Shown here: positions 46,619-55,895 of the stretch, piece by piece
Layout of the letters: each line of letters opens with the position of its first letter
How positions within the stretch are numbered: position 1 is the stretch's first letter
Assembly (NCBI GenBank): GCA_016179685.1
Contig: JACPCR010000051.1
Span: 70,323 to 134,322, forward strand
Length of the DNA stretch: 64,000 nucleotides
Reading direction: 5' to 3'
From: Planctomycetota bacterium
GTDB lineage: Bacteria > Planctomycetota > PUPC01 > JACPCR01
The notes under the pieces: model-generated
What the model saw: the letters and a program-made list of their open reading frames with translations, nothing else
What the model was told of the DNA's origin: nothing
Databases searched by the model: none
Made by a program: the position numbers and the translations under genes

Positions 46619-47517
46619 GGAGAATCTCCGGGTTGGATCAGGATCGGATCACCACCCAGCAGCGGGCTTGGCGGCAACTTTCCGAGCAGGAATGCAGCGG
46701 AGGCCGGGCCGTGGCCCAGCCCGAGTTGCACGATGGGTTCCAACCCCAGGGCCAAGCCGGCAAACTGGGCCAGATGCAGCAGGGGCAGGGGAAACTCCCG
46801 CCACGGACGCCGGCGAAACGAGCCGGGCCGGAAGTCGGGCCCCCCGTGACACCAGGGCGTCAGCGTGACCATGCAGTCGGCTTCCTGGTCCCGGGCCCCC
46901 ATCGCCTGTCTCAAAAATTGGGCGGTGGATGGCCTGCGGCTTTCGGTGGGATCTGCCGTTTCCAGGGTCCCCGGGATCACCTCGGCTTCGCAGGTGCGGA
47001 TGAGGCTGCCCAGGGCCTGGATTTGGTCGGACGTTTCCAGTCCGCTGATTCCGATCGCGGCGCGAATCCCCCTCAGGGGACGATAGAGGAACTTCCTCAG
47101 CCGTGCAGGCTCTTCCGCGGGCGCGAGCATGTCCAGGAGATGGAGCACGCGGGCCGAATGACGGGCCGGCGGCCTCGAATCCCCGCCGTCGCCCTCGGCC
47201 GGGCGGTCCACGGGCATCCGGTTCTTCCGAGCTTCCTCGAGGCGGAGCGCACACGAGCCGCAGAAGGTCATCAGGTCCAGACCCCGAGATGCGGCTGACT
47301 CCAGGGCGGCAACATCGGAGTCCGCACCGCCGGATTCGGCGAGGGGGGGACGTCCCGGCCCGGGCGCGTCCTGCAAGGGGAGCAGTTCCACGGCCAAGAG
47401 GGGTGAAAGGGCTAACGCGGCCGTTTGGACCTCATGACAGGGCCCCCGAGCCGTGCAGCCCGGAAAAAAAAGGTACCGCATGCGGAGAAAGTGTAAGAGA
47501 CGTGAACAGAGAGGCAA
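46615..47517 (-). CDS. Cys-rich CCG-domain Fe-S protein (HdrB / SdhE-type subunit-like)
   Basis: YLFFPGCT...and...MTFCGSCA CCG-type cysteine motifs; divergent from frdA. Confidence 0.55.
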   Translation of the reverse strand: MPLCSRLLHFLRMRYLFFPGCTARGPCHEVQTAALALSPLLAVELLPLQDAPGPGRPPLAESGGADSDVAALESAASRGLDLMTFCGSCALRLEEARKNRMPVDRPAEGDGGDSRPPARHSARVLHLLDMLAPAEEPARLRKFLYRPLRGIRAAIGISGLETSDQIQALGSLIRTCEAEVIPGTLETADPTESRRPSTAQFLRQAMGARDQEADCMVTLTPWCHGGPDFRPGSFRRRPWREFPLPLLHLAQFAGLALGLEPIVQLGLGHGPASAAFLLGKLPPSPLLGGDPILIQPGDSP

Positions 47518-47550
47518 GCTTGCTCCGTGAATCGAATCGAAAATGAGCTA

Positions 47551-47578
47551 TTGACATTCCCGGGATTTTCCCTATTCT
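47551..47578 (+). promoter_or_regulatory. Candidate sigma70-type promoter for the frd operon (TTGACA - 16 nt - TATTCT)
   Basis: ttgacattcccgggattttccctattct about 65 nt upstream of the frdA ATG, which has a strong SD (AGGAG). Confidence 0.45.
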
Positions 47579-47641
47579 AAAATTTCCCCCTTGTGAAGAA
47601 GCCGGGCGCCACACCCGAAACAGACTGTCCAGCAGGAGCTT

Positions 47642-49405
47642 ATGACTGAAGTACTTCAGCACGACGTCGTTATTGTTGGCGGAGGCGGCGCAGGATTGCG
47701 AGCCGCCATCGCCGCTTGCGAGCTCGACCCGAAGCTTTCTGTCGCCATCGTTTCCAAGGTCTATCCCATGCGCAGCCATACCGTGTCGGCCGAAGGCGGG
47801 GCCGCCGCGGTGACCAGGGCTGACGACAGCTTCGAGCATCACATCAACGACACCATCACGGGGTCCGACTGGCTGGCGGACCAGGACGCGGTGGAGCTTT
47901 TCGTCAAGGAAGCTCCGGCGGAGATGACCCAGCTCGAGCACTGGGGCTGCCCCTGGAGCCGCGAGGCCAGCGGGAAGATCGCCGTCCGACCCTTCGGCGG
48001 CATGAAGATCGAACGCACGTGGTTCGCCGCGGACAAGACCGGCTTCCACATGCTTCATGCCTTGTTCCAGACCACGCTCAAGTACGATCGGCTGGTCCGA
48101 TACGACGAGTGGTTCGCGACCAAGCTCCTCGTCGAAGAGGGGCGGTGTCAGGGCCTCACGGCCATCGAGCTTCGGACCGGCCAGGTGCGCCTGATCGCGG
48201 CCCCCGCGGTCATCCTCTGCACGGGCGGGGCGGGCCGCATCTTCCCGTTCACGACCAACGCGGCCATCAAGACGGGGGACGGCATGGCCCTGGCCTACCG
48301 GGCCGGGGTGCCCCTCAAGGACATCGAATTTGTCCAGTACCACCCGACGGGCCTGCCCGGCACGGGTATCCTGATCACGGAGGCTGCTCGGGGCGAGGGC
48401 GGCATTCTCGTCAACAAGCACGGCCACCGCTACCTGCAGGACTACAACCTGGGCAAGCCCCTGGACGTGCACGATCCGAATCATCCTCAGAAGAGGACGA
48501 TGGAGCTGGGACCCCGGGACAAGCTCTCCCAATGTTTTGTGAAGGAGATGGAGAAGGGAAACACGATCGAGACGCCCTACGGGCACGTCGTTCACCTCGA
48601 CGTGCGTCACCTGGGCGAGAAGAAGATCGACAAGAAGATTCCCTTCGTCCGCGAGCTCGCCAAGAACTACGCCGGCATCGATCCGGTCTATGAGCCGATC
48701 CCCGTCCGTCCCGTGATCCATTACATGATGGGGGGCGTCCATACGGACACGCTGAACGCGGCCACGCCTCTGCCCGGCCTCTACGCCGCGGGCGAATGCG
48801 CCTGCGTCAGCATCAATGGCGCCAACCGGCTGGGCTCGAACTCGCTCACGGAACTGCTCGTCTTCGGAGCGAGGGCCGGTCAGGCGTCCGGCCAGTTCGC
48901 CCGCGACCATGCGCAGCTCCATCTCCCGGCCCTCGAGGCCATGGCCCGAGACGAGCAGGAACGCATCGCTCGCGACTTCATCCGCAAGGAAGGTGGGACA
49001 GAACGCGTCTCCACGATCCGGACCGAGTTGAACAAGACCATGGAGGAGGGGGCCGGCATCTACCGCACCGAGACCTCGCTCAAGGAAACCTGCGCGGTCA
49101 TCGCGAGGCTCCGCGAGCGCTATCCGAACGTCCGGCTCGACGACCGCAGCCTGAGTTTCAACACCGATCTCACAGCGGCCATCGAGCTGGGCTACCTGCT
49201 GGATGTTGCGGAAGCCCTGGCCCAGTCCGCTCTGGCCCGGACCGAGTCCCGGGGATCGCACCAGCGCACGGATTACCCGAAGCGGGACGACGTCAAGTTT
49301 CTCAAGCACTCGATGGCCTACCGGACGGACGGGGTCCCTCGGATCGAGTACCTGGACGTCACGATCACGAAGTGGCCGCCGGGTGAACGCAAGTACGGCA
49401 ATTGA
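47642..49405 (+). CDS. frdA: Fumarate reductase flavoprotein subunit
   Basis: FAD motif [16 protein letters not shown], covalent-FAD His ([10 protein letters not shown]), HPTGLPG, catalytic Arg/His region. Confidence 0.9.
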   Translation: MTEVLQHDVVIVGGGGAGLRAAIAACELDPKLSVAIVSKVYPMRSHTVSAEGGAAAVTRADDSFEHHINDTITGSDWLADQDAVELFVKEAPAEMTQLEHWGCPWSREASGKIAVRPFGGMKIERTWFAADKTGFHMLHALFQTTLKYDRLVRYDEWFATKLLVEEGRCQGLTAIELRTGQVRLIAAPAVILCTGGAGRIFPFTTNAAIKTGDGMALAYRAGVPLKDIEFVQYHPTGLPGTGILITEAARGEGGILVNKHGHRYLQDYNLGKPLDVHDPNHPQKRTMELGPRDKLSQCFVKEMEKGNTIETPYGHVVHLDVRHLGEKKIDKKIPFVRELAKNYAGIDPVYEPIPVRPVIHYMMGGVHTDTLNAATPLPGLYAAGECACVSINGANRLGSNSLTELLVFGARAGQASGQFARDHAQLHLPALEAMARDEQERIARDFIRKEGGTERVSTIRTELNKTMEEGAGIYRTETSLKETCAVIARLRERYPNVRLDDRSLSFNTDLTAAIELGYLLDVAEALAQSALARTESRGSHQRTDYPKRDDVKFLKHSMAYRTDGVPRIEYLDVTITKWPPGERKYGN

Positions 49406-49507
49406 GCTCCTTCTCGGAGAAGCTGCCGGCTGGGCCCCGAGCCCCTTGCCCCGAATGCTTCTCGGCCGCCCGAATCTTTTGAAGGTTTCCTAGCTGCGGG
49501 AGCACTC

Positions 49508-50257
49508 ATGGCTGACCAGACGATCACCCTCGAAGTTTTCCGATATCGACCGGAGACGGACAACGAGCCGACTTTCCAGAAGTATGACGTCCCCTACCGA
49601 GCGGACTGGGTGGTGCTGGACGCGCTGAACTGGATCAAGGACAACGTGGACGGGACGCTCTCGTTCCGCTGGAGCTGTCGCATGGGGGTCTGCGGGAGCT
49701 GCGGCATGATGGTCAACGGCGTCCCGCGGCTCACCTGCTCCGCCTTCCTCAGGGAGTTCTTTCCTGAGCCGGTCCGCGTCGAGCCCCTGGCGAATTTTCC
49801 CGTCGAGCGCGACTTGATCGTTGGCCTGGACAGCTTCATGGAGAAGCTGAAGAAGGCCAAGCCGTGGCTCATCCGGAAAGAGGAGAAGCCGTTGAGCGAG
49901 GGAGAATATCTGCAGACGCCGGCCGAGCTGGCCCGGTACAAGCAGTTCTCCATGTGCATCAACTGCACGCTGTGCTACGCGGCCTGCCCCGTGGTCGGCC
50001 ACGAGCCGCACTTCCTCGGGCCCGCCGCCATCGCCCTGGCTCAACGCTACAACCTGGATTCCCGCGACCAGGGCAGGGATGAAAGACAGGAAATCGTCGC
50101 TGGACACGAGGCCGTCTGGGACTGCACCTTCGTCGGCGAATGCTCGCAGGTCTGCCCCAAGCACGTCGATCCCGCCGGGGCCATCCAGCAGGCCAAGATC
50201 GCCAGCACCATCGATTGGTACACCCGATTCCTCCTGCCGAAGGGACAGACAAGATGA
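49508..50257 (+). CDS. frdB: Fumarate reductase iron-sulfur subunit
   Basis: 2Fe-2S ([15 protein letters not shown]), 4Fe-4S and 3Fe-4S Cys clusters ([24 protein letters not shown]). Confidence 0.9.
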   Translation: MADQTITLEVFRYRPETDNEPTFQKYDVPYRADWVVLDALNWIKDNVDGTLSFRWSCRMGVCGSCGMMVNGVPRLTCSAFLREFFPEPVRVEPLANFPVERDLIVGLDSFMEKLKKAKPWLIRKEEKPLSEGEYLQTPAELARYKQFSMCINCTLCYAACPVVGHEPHFLGPAAIALAQRYNLDSRDQGRDERQEIVAGHEAVWDCTFVGECSQVCPKHVDPAGAIQQAKIASTIDWYTRFLLPKGQTR

Positions 50258-50640
50258 AAGGGCCCTATATCCGACCCATCCCGTTCGACTGGTTCATGCA
50301 AACCGCCGCTTACCGGCGCTTCATGGTCCGGGAGCTGACCAGCGTCTTCATCGCCGGATACCTCATCTTTCTGCTCGTGTTTCTTCACCGGGCGGGCCAG
50401 GATGACAAGGCCTTCGGGGCGCTTCTCGAGTGCCTGCGAAGCCCCGTCTCCCTCGTGCTCCATCTCCTCGTCCTCGGCGCCGCCCTTTTCCATTCCATCA
50501 CGTGGTTCAACCTGACCCCCCAAGCCATGCCGGTCCGAATCGGCGAGGAGCGCCTCCCGGACGCTCTCGTCGCGGTCCTCGGCGGCTACCTGCCCTGGAT
50601 CGTCGTCAGCGTCGTCATTTTCTGGGGCGTTCTGGGATAG
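50254..50640 (+). CDS. frdC: Fumarate reductase membrane anchor subunit C
   Basis: Aligns end-to-end with E. coli FrdC ([12 protein letters not shown] ~ YVRPMTSTWWKK; three TM helices); ATGA overlap with frdB. Confidence 0.8.
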   Translation: MKGPYIRPIPFDWFMQTAAYRRFMVRELTSVFIAGYLIFLLVFLHRAGQDDKAFGALLECLRSPVSLVLHLLVLGAALFHSITWFNLTPQAMPVRIGEERLPDALVAVLGGYLPWIVVSVVIFWGVLG

Positions 50641-50725
50641 GCCGGAGGCGGACGTGCTCCGCGTGCGGCCCCCCTTGACCTCCGCGTCGTCCCATCCAAG
50701 AGTTCCTTTCTTCAAGCAGGTGGCT

Positions 50726-51073
50726 ATGGCACGTTCCAAAGAAGTCTTCTGGTGGTCGCTCTTCTCCGCCGGCGGAGCCCTCTCCGCCCTCTTCCTCCCG
50801 GCCATCGTCGCCGTCACGGGCCTGGCCGTGCCGCACATGGCTGGCAACGAGCATGCCATCCGGCACGATGTGCACCAGACCCTCGTCTGGTGGCCCGTGC
50901 GGCTCGTGTTTCTCGGCGTCATCGGCCTCTCCTTCTTCCACTGCGCACACCGAATGCGCCATACCGCGATGGACCTCGGCCTGCGCCACGCCTCGACGGC
51001 CCTGGGAGTCCTTTTCTACGGCGGCGCCATCGCCGGCTGCATTGCCGCCGCCTGCGTGCTTCGCACCTGGTGA
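50726..51073 (+). CDS. frdD: Fumarate reductase membrane anchor subunit D
   Basis: Aligns with E. coli FrdD (VFWWSLFSAGGALSALFLP ~ VFWGLFGAGGMWSAIIAP; HRMRHTAMDL ~ HRMHHAMHDL). Confidence 0.8.
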   Translation: MARSKEVFWWSLFSAGGALSALFLPAIVAVTGLAVPHMAGNEHAIRHDVHQTLVWWPVRLVFLGVIGLSFFHCAHRMRHTAMDLGLRHASTALGVLFYGGAIAGCIAAACVLRTW

Positions 51074-51136
51074 GGGGCCCGCAAGTGCTAACCTTCCGGT
51101 TCATCAGCGCCTAAATCGAACGCGACACGCCGAAAC

Positions 51137-51733
51137 ATGTCGAGTGCCCTCGCCGTACGTGCTCTGGTACTGGCCTGCCTCGCCTGGCTTGCCGTTATTT
51201 TCTCGGCCGAGGGCCAGGCCGGCCCGGGGCGACTCGTTGGACAAGGTGAGGTCGAATACCAGGGCCGGAAGTTCACCATCCAGTCCGCCGTCGCCATCTG
51301 GCGGCCCAAGACCGCGTCCCTCTGGATCATGCTCCATCCGGTGTCTTTCACCCCAGAGGAAGAGGCCAAGATTCTGAAGGATAAGAGCACTCAAGATGTC
51401 CTCGAGGCCAAGCCCAGCCCAGACCCCAAGCTCTGGAGCTGGGTCCCCAGCATCTGGATCACTGCCAATTTCAAGCCGGGCTCGAAAGTCTATAGCCCCG
51501 CGGCGCTCGAATCCGCCACCCTCGCTTTTTTGAAATTCGAGAACGCAAGCAGCTCTTCTACCCTCTCCGGCAGCGGCTTCAAGTTCCACCAGGACTTCCA
51601 GTCCCTTACCGTCACCGAGATGAAGGAAGGCGGCAAGGTGACCTGCTCGGTCCGCTCCCAGGACCCTGCCACCCATCACTACAAACTTCAGGGGAAGGTC
51701 GAGACCTTGATCATTTCAGAGGTCAATTTCTGA
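51137..51733 (+). CDS. Secreted hypothetical protein (198 aa)
   Basis: Signal peptide ALAVRALVLACLAWLAVIFSAEG; no recognisable domain; stop is 2 nt before a palindromic element. Confidence 0.55.
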   Translation: MSSALAVRALVLACLAWLAVIFSAEGQAGPGRLVGQGEVEYQGRKFTIQSAVAIWRPKTASLWIMLHPVSFTPEEEAKILKDKSTQDVLEAKPSPDPKLWSWVPSIWITANFKPGSKVYSPAALESATLAFLKFENASSSSTLSGSGFKFHQDFQSLTVTEMKEGGKVTCSVRSQDPATHHYKLQGKVETLIISEVNF

Positions 51734-51734
51734 T

Positions 51735-51809
51735 GAAATCCGCGCAGCCCGGAGGGCGCAGCATTTCTTCTCTTGAAATCCGCGCAGCCCGGAGGGCGCA
51801 GCGGATTTC
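51735..51809 (+). repeat. Family-1 tandem pair: one truncated unit and one full hairpin unit joined by ATTTCTTCTCTT
   Basis: GAAATCCGCGCAGCCCGGAGGGCGCAGC-ATTTCTTCTCTT-GAAATCCGCGCAGCCCGGAGGGCGCAGCGGATTTC; begins 2 nt after the stop of the 51137 gene. Confidence 0.8.
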
Positions 51810-51862
51810 AGCGGAGAAGTTGAAAGGTGTCCCGCCAGACTTGTCCCAGTGGGAGGCGGGTC

Positions 51863-51938
51863 GGGTGTCAGTTGATTCCTGGACCTTGAACCCTGACACC
51901 TTTTGTACCCTTATTGGGTTGCGGGCTTCGCCCGCCTT
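51863..51938 (-). repeat. Family-2 element (GGTGTCAG inverted repeat + GCGGGCGAAGCCCGC hairpin), reverse orientation
   Basis: Reverse complement ...AAGGCGGGCGAAGCCCGCAACCCAATAAGGGTACAAAAGGTGTCAGG... is about 85% identical to 22269..22310. Confidence 0.7.
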
Positions 51939-51995
51939 AAGAGAAGCGCCGACCACGGAGGGGCAGAGCGAGAAATGGCCTCGGCCTCGGCCTTC

Positions 51996-52034
51996 GCCAT
52001 TTCTTCTCTTGAAATCGGCCTGTCGGCGGATTTC
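51996..52034 (+). repeat. Degenerate family-1 unit (ATTTCTTCTCTT-GAAATCGGCCTGTCGGCGGATTTC)
   Basis: Shares the ATTTCTTCTCTTGAAATC linker and GGATTTCAATA tail with the 51763 and 42384 copies. Confidence 0.55.
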
Positions 52035-52056
52035 AATAAAACCTTCTGCTGACGCG

Positions 52057-52135
52057 CCAGGGTTGGGCCGGCGAAGCCGGGCCGACCCTGGCTCTGAAAT
52101 CCGCGCAGCCCGGAGGGCGCAGCGGATTTCACTAG
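52057..52135 (+). repeat. Family-1 full double-hairpin element
   Basis: CCAGGGTTGGGCCGGCGAAGCCGGGCCGACCCTGG + GAAATCCGCGCAGCCCGGAGGGCGCAGCGGATTTC; ends 20 nt before the 52155 gene. Confidence 0.8.
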
Positions 52136-52154
52136 GTTCTTACCCGGTCTCCTC

Positions 52155-53537
52155 ATGCCTTCGGCGACTGCCATGCCTTCGTCCGAGTCCAAGAGAATCC
52201 ACTGGGCGGTGGTATGGTGCCTTTCGCCCCTGTTCGTGGCGCTGGCTCTCTACGGCATCGGCCGCCTCTGGAGGAACTCGTTTCTGGGCCGGATCGAGGA
52301 GCAGCTCGCCCAGGTCCGTGAACAGGGATTCCCTTCCTCCCTCAAGGAACTGAACTCGTGGTATCCGCAGCCGGCAGGAGAGAACGCGGCCGACCTCTAT
52401 GGAAGGGCACTCTTCAATCTCCATCCGCCCGCATCAGAATTGCAGAAGGGGCCCCCTCCGCAACTTTCAAGACCCTTGATACCCGGAGAGCAGCTTTCGG
52501 AGGAGGTCCGAAAGGCTATCGAGGAATGGCTTCTCGCTAACCGAGAGAGCCTGGAGCACCTGCGCCGGGCCGCGGCCGTCCGTGAATGCCGTTACCCCAT
52601 TGATTTGACCCGGGGTTTCCAGACGCCCTTGTCTCATCTCCAGGGCCTTCAACAGGCGTCTCGGCTGCTCTACCATGAGACGGTCTACCATGCAGAAAGG
52701 GGAGAGCGACAGGAGGCCATTCTTTCGTTCGTGACCCACCTCAGCCTGGCGCGGTCCCTGAATGACGAGCCGGTGTTGCTTTCCTACCTCATTCAGGGGG
52801 CCATACGGAATTTCTGCTTTCGTTCGCTCGAAAGAATTCTCAGCCATGTCGAGTTGAGCGAAGAAGAGCTTTTGCGGTTGGCGGCAGAATTCGAGGGGGC
52901 CAGAAACCCGGACGGCCTATTGCGAGCGATGGCCGCGGAGCGTTGCAGCGGCGCCGCGTTGTTCCTGGGCCTCATGGATGGCACGGCCGACGAGACTACC
53001 GTAGGTCCGCTTGGAATAACACTCCCGTGGTCCATCCTCCCCGTGAATCTCTTCGTTGCCGACAACTTGCTCCTGTACCTCGACTTGATGGATCAGAATG
53101 TTCAGGCCTGCCGATTGCCGGCGAGGGAGAAGCTGGCCCAGTTCAAGAAAATCGAAGTACAGGTTCAGAACCTGTCGAAATATCGTTTTCTCTTGCAGAT
53201 ATTCTTTCCTGCATTGTCTCGGTGCGCACTGGATGACCTGAGAGACGAGGTTCAGTGCCACATCGTCCGCGTGGCTCTGGCCGTGGAGCGATACCGGCTC
53301 ATCCATGGGAAGCTCCCGGACAGTCTGTCGGCTCTGACGCCCGATTTCCTGGAGTCGATCCCCGGCGATCCTTTTGCCCCCTCCGGCCCCCTTTCTTACG
53401 GACTCAAAAAGGTGGGGTACGTCCTGTACAGCGTCGGAGAATACGGGAACAACAGCGGGGATAATCCGCCCATAGAAGCCACTGAACGGTGGTGGGCGTT
53501 CAAGGATACCCTGGTGATTTTCCGCGTCGCACGTTGA
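52155..53537 (+). CDS. Membrane-anchored hypothetical protein with pseudopilin-like C-terminal motif
   Basis: One N-terminal TM (WAVVWCLSPLFVALALYGIG), helical middle; C-terminus SYGLKKVGYVLYSVGEYGNNSGDNP resembles GspG/DUF1559 C-terminal G-D-rich motifs but lacks the prepilin cleavage motif. Confidence 0.5.
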   Translation: MPSATAMPSSESKRIHWAVVWCLSPLFVALALYGIGRLWRNSFLGRIEEQLAQVREQGFPSSLKELNSWYPQPAGENAADLYGRALFNLHPPASELQKGPPPQLSRPLIPGEQLSEEVRKAIEEWLLANRESLEHLRRAAAVRECRYPIDLTRGFQTPLSHLQGLQQASRLLYHETVYHAERGERQEAILSFVTHLSLARSLNDEPVLLSYLIQGAIRNFCFRSLERILSHVELSEEELLRLAAEFEGARNPDGLLRAMAAERCSGAALFLGLMDGTADETTVGPLGITLPWSILPVNLFVADNLLLYLDLMDQNVQACRLPAREKLAQFKKIEVQVQNLSKYRFLLQIFFPALSRCALDDLRDEVQCHIVRVALAVERYRLIHGKLPDSLSALTPDFLESIPGDPFAPSGPLSYGLKKVGYVLYSVGEYGNNSGDNPPIEATERWWAFKDTLVIFRVAR

Positions 53538-53624
53538 CGGAGCGCTGCTATCGCATCCCGCGCCGGCGACCGGACCGGATCGGTGACGATTGACACCGCC
53601 TGATCGCTCCTTATCATCAGAGTC

Positions 53625-54095
53625 ATGCGGATCGGAATTGTGTCGGACTCTCATGATCACCTGACGCACCTGCGCCGGGCGGTCGAAATGCTCGAACAAC
53701 GCGGGGCCGAGGTCGTCCTTCATGGCGGCGATTTCGTCGCGCCGTTCGCCGTCAAGGAGCTTCTCAAGGCCAAGATGCCCGTCCATGCCGTGTTCGGAAA
53801 CAACGACGGCGAGCGCCAGGGCATCCGAAAGCTCTTCCCGGCGGTTCAGGACCCGCCCCTGGTCCTTCAACTCGGCGGGCGCAAGATTGTCCTCGACCAC
53901 TATCCCGAGGTGGCGAGCCGTGCGGAGGCCCGTGGTGCGGACGTTCTGATTTTCGGCCACACTCACCATCTCGTCGTCCAACCGGGCCCCCCGCTGATGC
54001 TCAATCCGGGCGAATGCTGCGGGTGGCTGACGGGCCGGGCGACGTGCGCGATGCTCGATACCGAGACCCTGAAGGTGGAGCTACTGGATTTATGA
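53625..54095 (+). CDS. YfcE/MJ0936-family metallophosphoesterase
   Basis: IGIVSDSHD...HGGDF...GNND...GHTH motifs. Confidence 0.8.
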   Translation: MRIGIVSDSHDHLTHLRRAVEMLEQRGAEVVLHGGDFVAPFAVKELLKAKMPVHAVFGNNDGERQGIRKLFPAVQDPPLVLQLGGRKIVLDHYPEVASRAEARGADVLIFGHTHHLVVQPGPPLMLNPGECCGWLTGRATCAMLDTETLKVELLDL

Positions 54096-54655
54096 CTGCC
54101 CGGGGCTGGAAAGGGCTTGACGGACGACAGGGAGACCGCGGCACGGTCCGCCGCCGGAGTCCTGTCCGGTTGGCGGCCGCCCTGGCGTGGGTTGCCGTCT
54201 TGGCTCTCACCGGCTGCGTCACCCGGACCATGACCATCGAGACGGACCCGCCGGGCGCCGAGGTGTTCGCCGGCGGCGAATACCTCGGTAGCTCACCGGT
54301 GACCCGTCCATTCGTGTTTTACGGCACTCAGGACATCGTCCTGCGCAAGAAGGGGTACGAGGTCAAGACGGTGCCGATGAAGCTCCGGCCGCCGTTCTAC
54401 CAGCGGTTTCCCATCGATTTTGTGCCGGAGGTCCTTTATCCGGGCCAGATTCGGGATGATCAGAAATTCGCTTATGTGCTGGAGGCCAGTTCAACACAAG
54501 CTCCGGCGGACCTGGTGGAGAGGGCCCGGGAGGTCCGGCAGCGGCTGGATTCGGTGCCTCTGGAGACCTCGCAGAAGCGTGCGAAGAAGAAAAAAACGGG
54601 GCACGGGACGTTCCCCTACCCGGCCCGCAGCCGGCACTGGTGGCATCGGCGGTGA
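54092..54655 (+). CDS. PEGA-domain lipoprotein
   Basis: Lipobox LALTGC; PEGA-like TDPPGAEVFAGGEYLGSSPV; ATGA overlap with upstream stop. Confidence 0.6.
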   Translation: MTARGWKGLDGRQGDRGTVRRRSPVRLAAALAWVAVLALTGCVTRTMTIETDPPGAEVFAGGEYLGSSPVTRPFVFYGTQDIVLRKKGYEVKTVPMKLRPPFYQRFPIDFVPEVLYPGQIRDDQKFAYVLEASSTQAPADLVERAREVRQRLDSVPLETSQKRAKKKKTGHGTFPYPARSRHWWHRR

Positions 54656-54686
54656 AGCGGCCACGCCGCAGGGGAATCTTCCATTG

Positions 54687-55859
54687 ATGACATCGCGTGA
54701 CCGGGTTTCGACGCTCCTGAGTGGACGTCAGGCGGACTGCATCGGTTTGTTCGAGCACGGCGCGTGGCCGGAAACCCTCGCGGCTTGGGTCCATCAGGGT
54801 TATCCCACGCGGAGGGTCTCGAAGGCCGCAGGCGACAGGCGCTGGAATCCTGAGGACGGCAGGTCGATTCCGGTCACCGAGGACGGTTCATACCCGGAGC
54901 CTGTCCCGTTCCACGAGCATTTCGAGCACGACATGGTGAGCGTCGGCGGGTGGTTTGACATGATGCCCCTGCGCGGGCGGAGCGAAGTCGTCCAGGAGAC
55001 CGAGGAGTGGGTCATCCGGAGGAACGGCGCAGGAGCGGCCTATAAGCATTGGAAACATCGGAGCGGCACGCCGGGCCCGGTCGATTTTCTCATGAGCGGC
55101 CGTGAAATTTGGGAACGCGATTACCGGCCGCACCTGCTGGCTCTGGACCCGGCCCGAGTCCATGCAGCGGGACAGGCAAAATCCCTCCGGCAAGGAAGAG
55201 CACGCGGCGTCTGGACCTTTTTCGGCCACCTTTTCATCTGGGAACAGCTCCGACAGAGCCTCGGGGATGAATCCATGTATGCTCACCTCGTGCTGGACCC
55301 GGGATGGATTCGGGACTTCAACCGGGTTTACACCGATTTTTACAAGACGCATTATGCTTATCTGTTCGAGCACGGCGGTGTGCCTGACGGCGTGTGGATT
55401 TACGAGGACCTCGCCTACAACAGTGGACTGCTGGCCTCGCCAGAGAAATTGCGCGACCTGGTCTTCCCCTTCTACCGTGAGATCGTGGATTTCTTCAAGG
55501 GCTATGGCCTGCCCGTCATTCTTCACACGGATGGCAACATCGGCGAGGCCATCCCGATGATCCTCGAAGCCGGTTTTGTCGGACTGAACCCCATCGAGCG
55601 CAAGAATCCCGCCAATGATCCCCTCCGTTTTGCCGAGCAGTACGGCGATAGACTGGTCTTCATCGGCGGTTTCGACGAACGGATTCTCGAGACGAACGAT
55701 AAGGCCGTGATCCGCCGGGAGATTTCTTCCTATCTGGAGGGGATGAAGGCCCGCGGCGCCCGCCTGCTTTTTGCCACCGACCACACGATTTCCTCCCTGG
55801 TGCGCTATGACAGCTATCGGTACGGGCTTGACGTCTACCGCGCACACAGGATGTATTGA
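54687..55859 (+). CDS. Uroporphyrinogen-decarboxylase (URO-D/MtaA-like) family protein
   Basis: URO-D-like TIM-barrel C-terminal pattern (LPVILHTDGNIGEAIPMILEAGFVGLNPIE...LVFIGGFD). Confidence 0.6.
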   Translation: MTSRDRVSTLLSGRQADCIGLFEHGAWPETLAAWVHQGYPTRRVSKAAGDRRWNPEDGRSIPVTEDGSYPEPVPFHEHFEHDMVSVGGWFDMMPLRGRSEVVQETEEWVIRRNGAGAAYKHWKHRSGTPGPVDFLMSGREIWERDYRPHLLALDPARVHAAGQAKSLRQGRARGVWTFFGHLFIWEQLRQSLGDESMYAHLVLDPGWIRDFNRVYTDFYKTHYAYLFEHGGVPDGVWIYEDLAYNSGLLASPEKLRDLVFPFYREIVDFFKGYGLPVILHTDGNIGEAIPMILEAGFVGLNPIERKNPANDPLRFAEQYGDRLVFIGGFDERILETNDKAVIRREISSYLEGMKARGARLLFATDHTISSLVRYDSYRYGLDVYRAHRMY

Positions 55860-55895
55860 TGGTGAACAGACGTGTGATCCGGAGAAATGCACTTT

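Noticed and set aside
47642-51073. Alternative call as succinate dehydrogenase sdhCDAB
   Set aside because: Gene order A-B-C-D, small hydrophobic C/D anchors aligning with E. coli FrdC/FrdD, and absence of heme-ligand His pattern favour quinol:fumarate reductase. The enzyme may still run in either direction in vivo.
51734-52154. Considered whether the clustered palindromic repeats are a CRISPR array
   Set aside because: Units are of two unrelated families, irregularly spaced, partly truncated, internally palindromic with loops (CRISPR repeats of one array are uniform), and no cas genes are nearby. REP/BIME-like is the better model.
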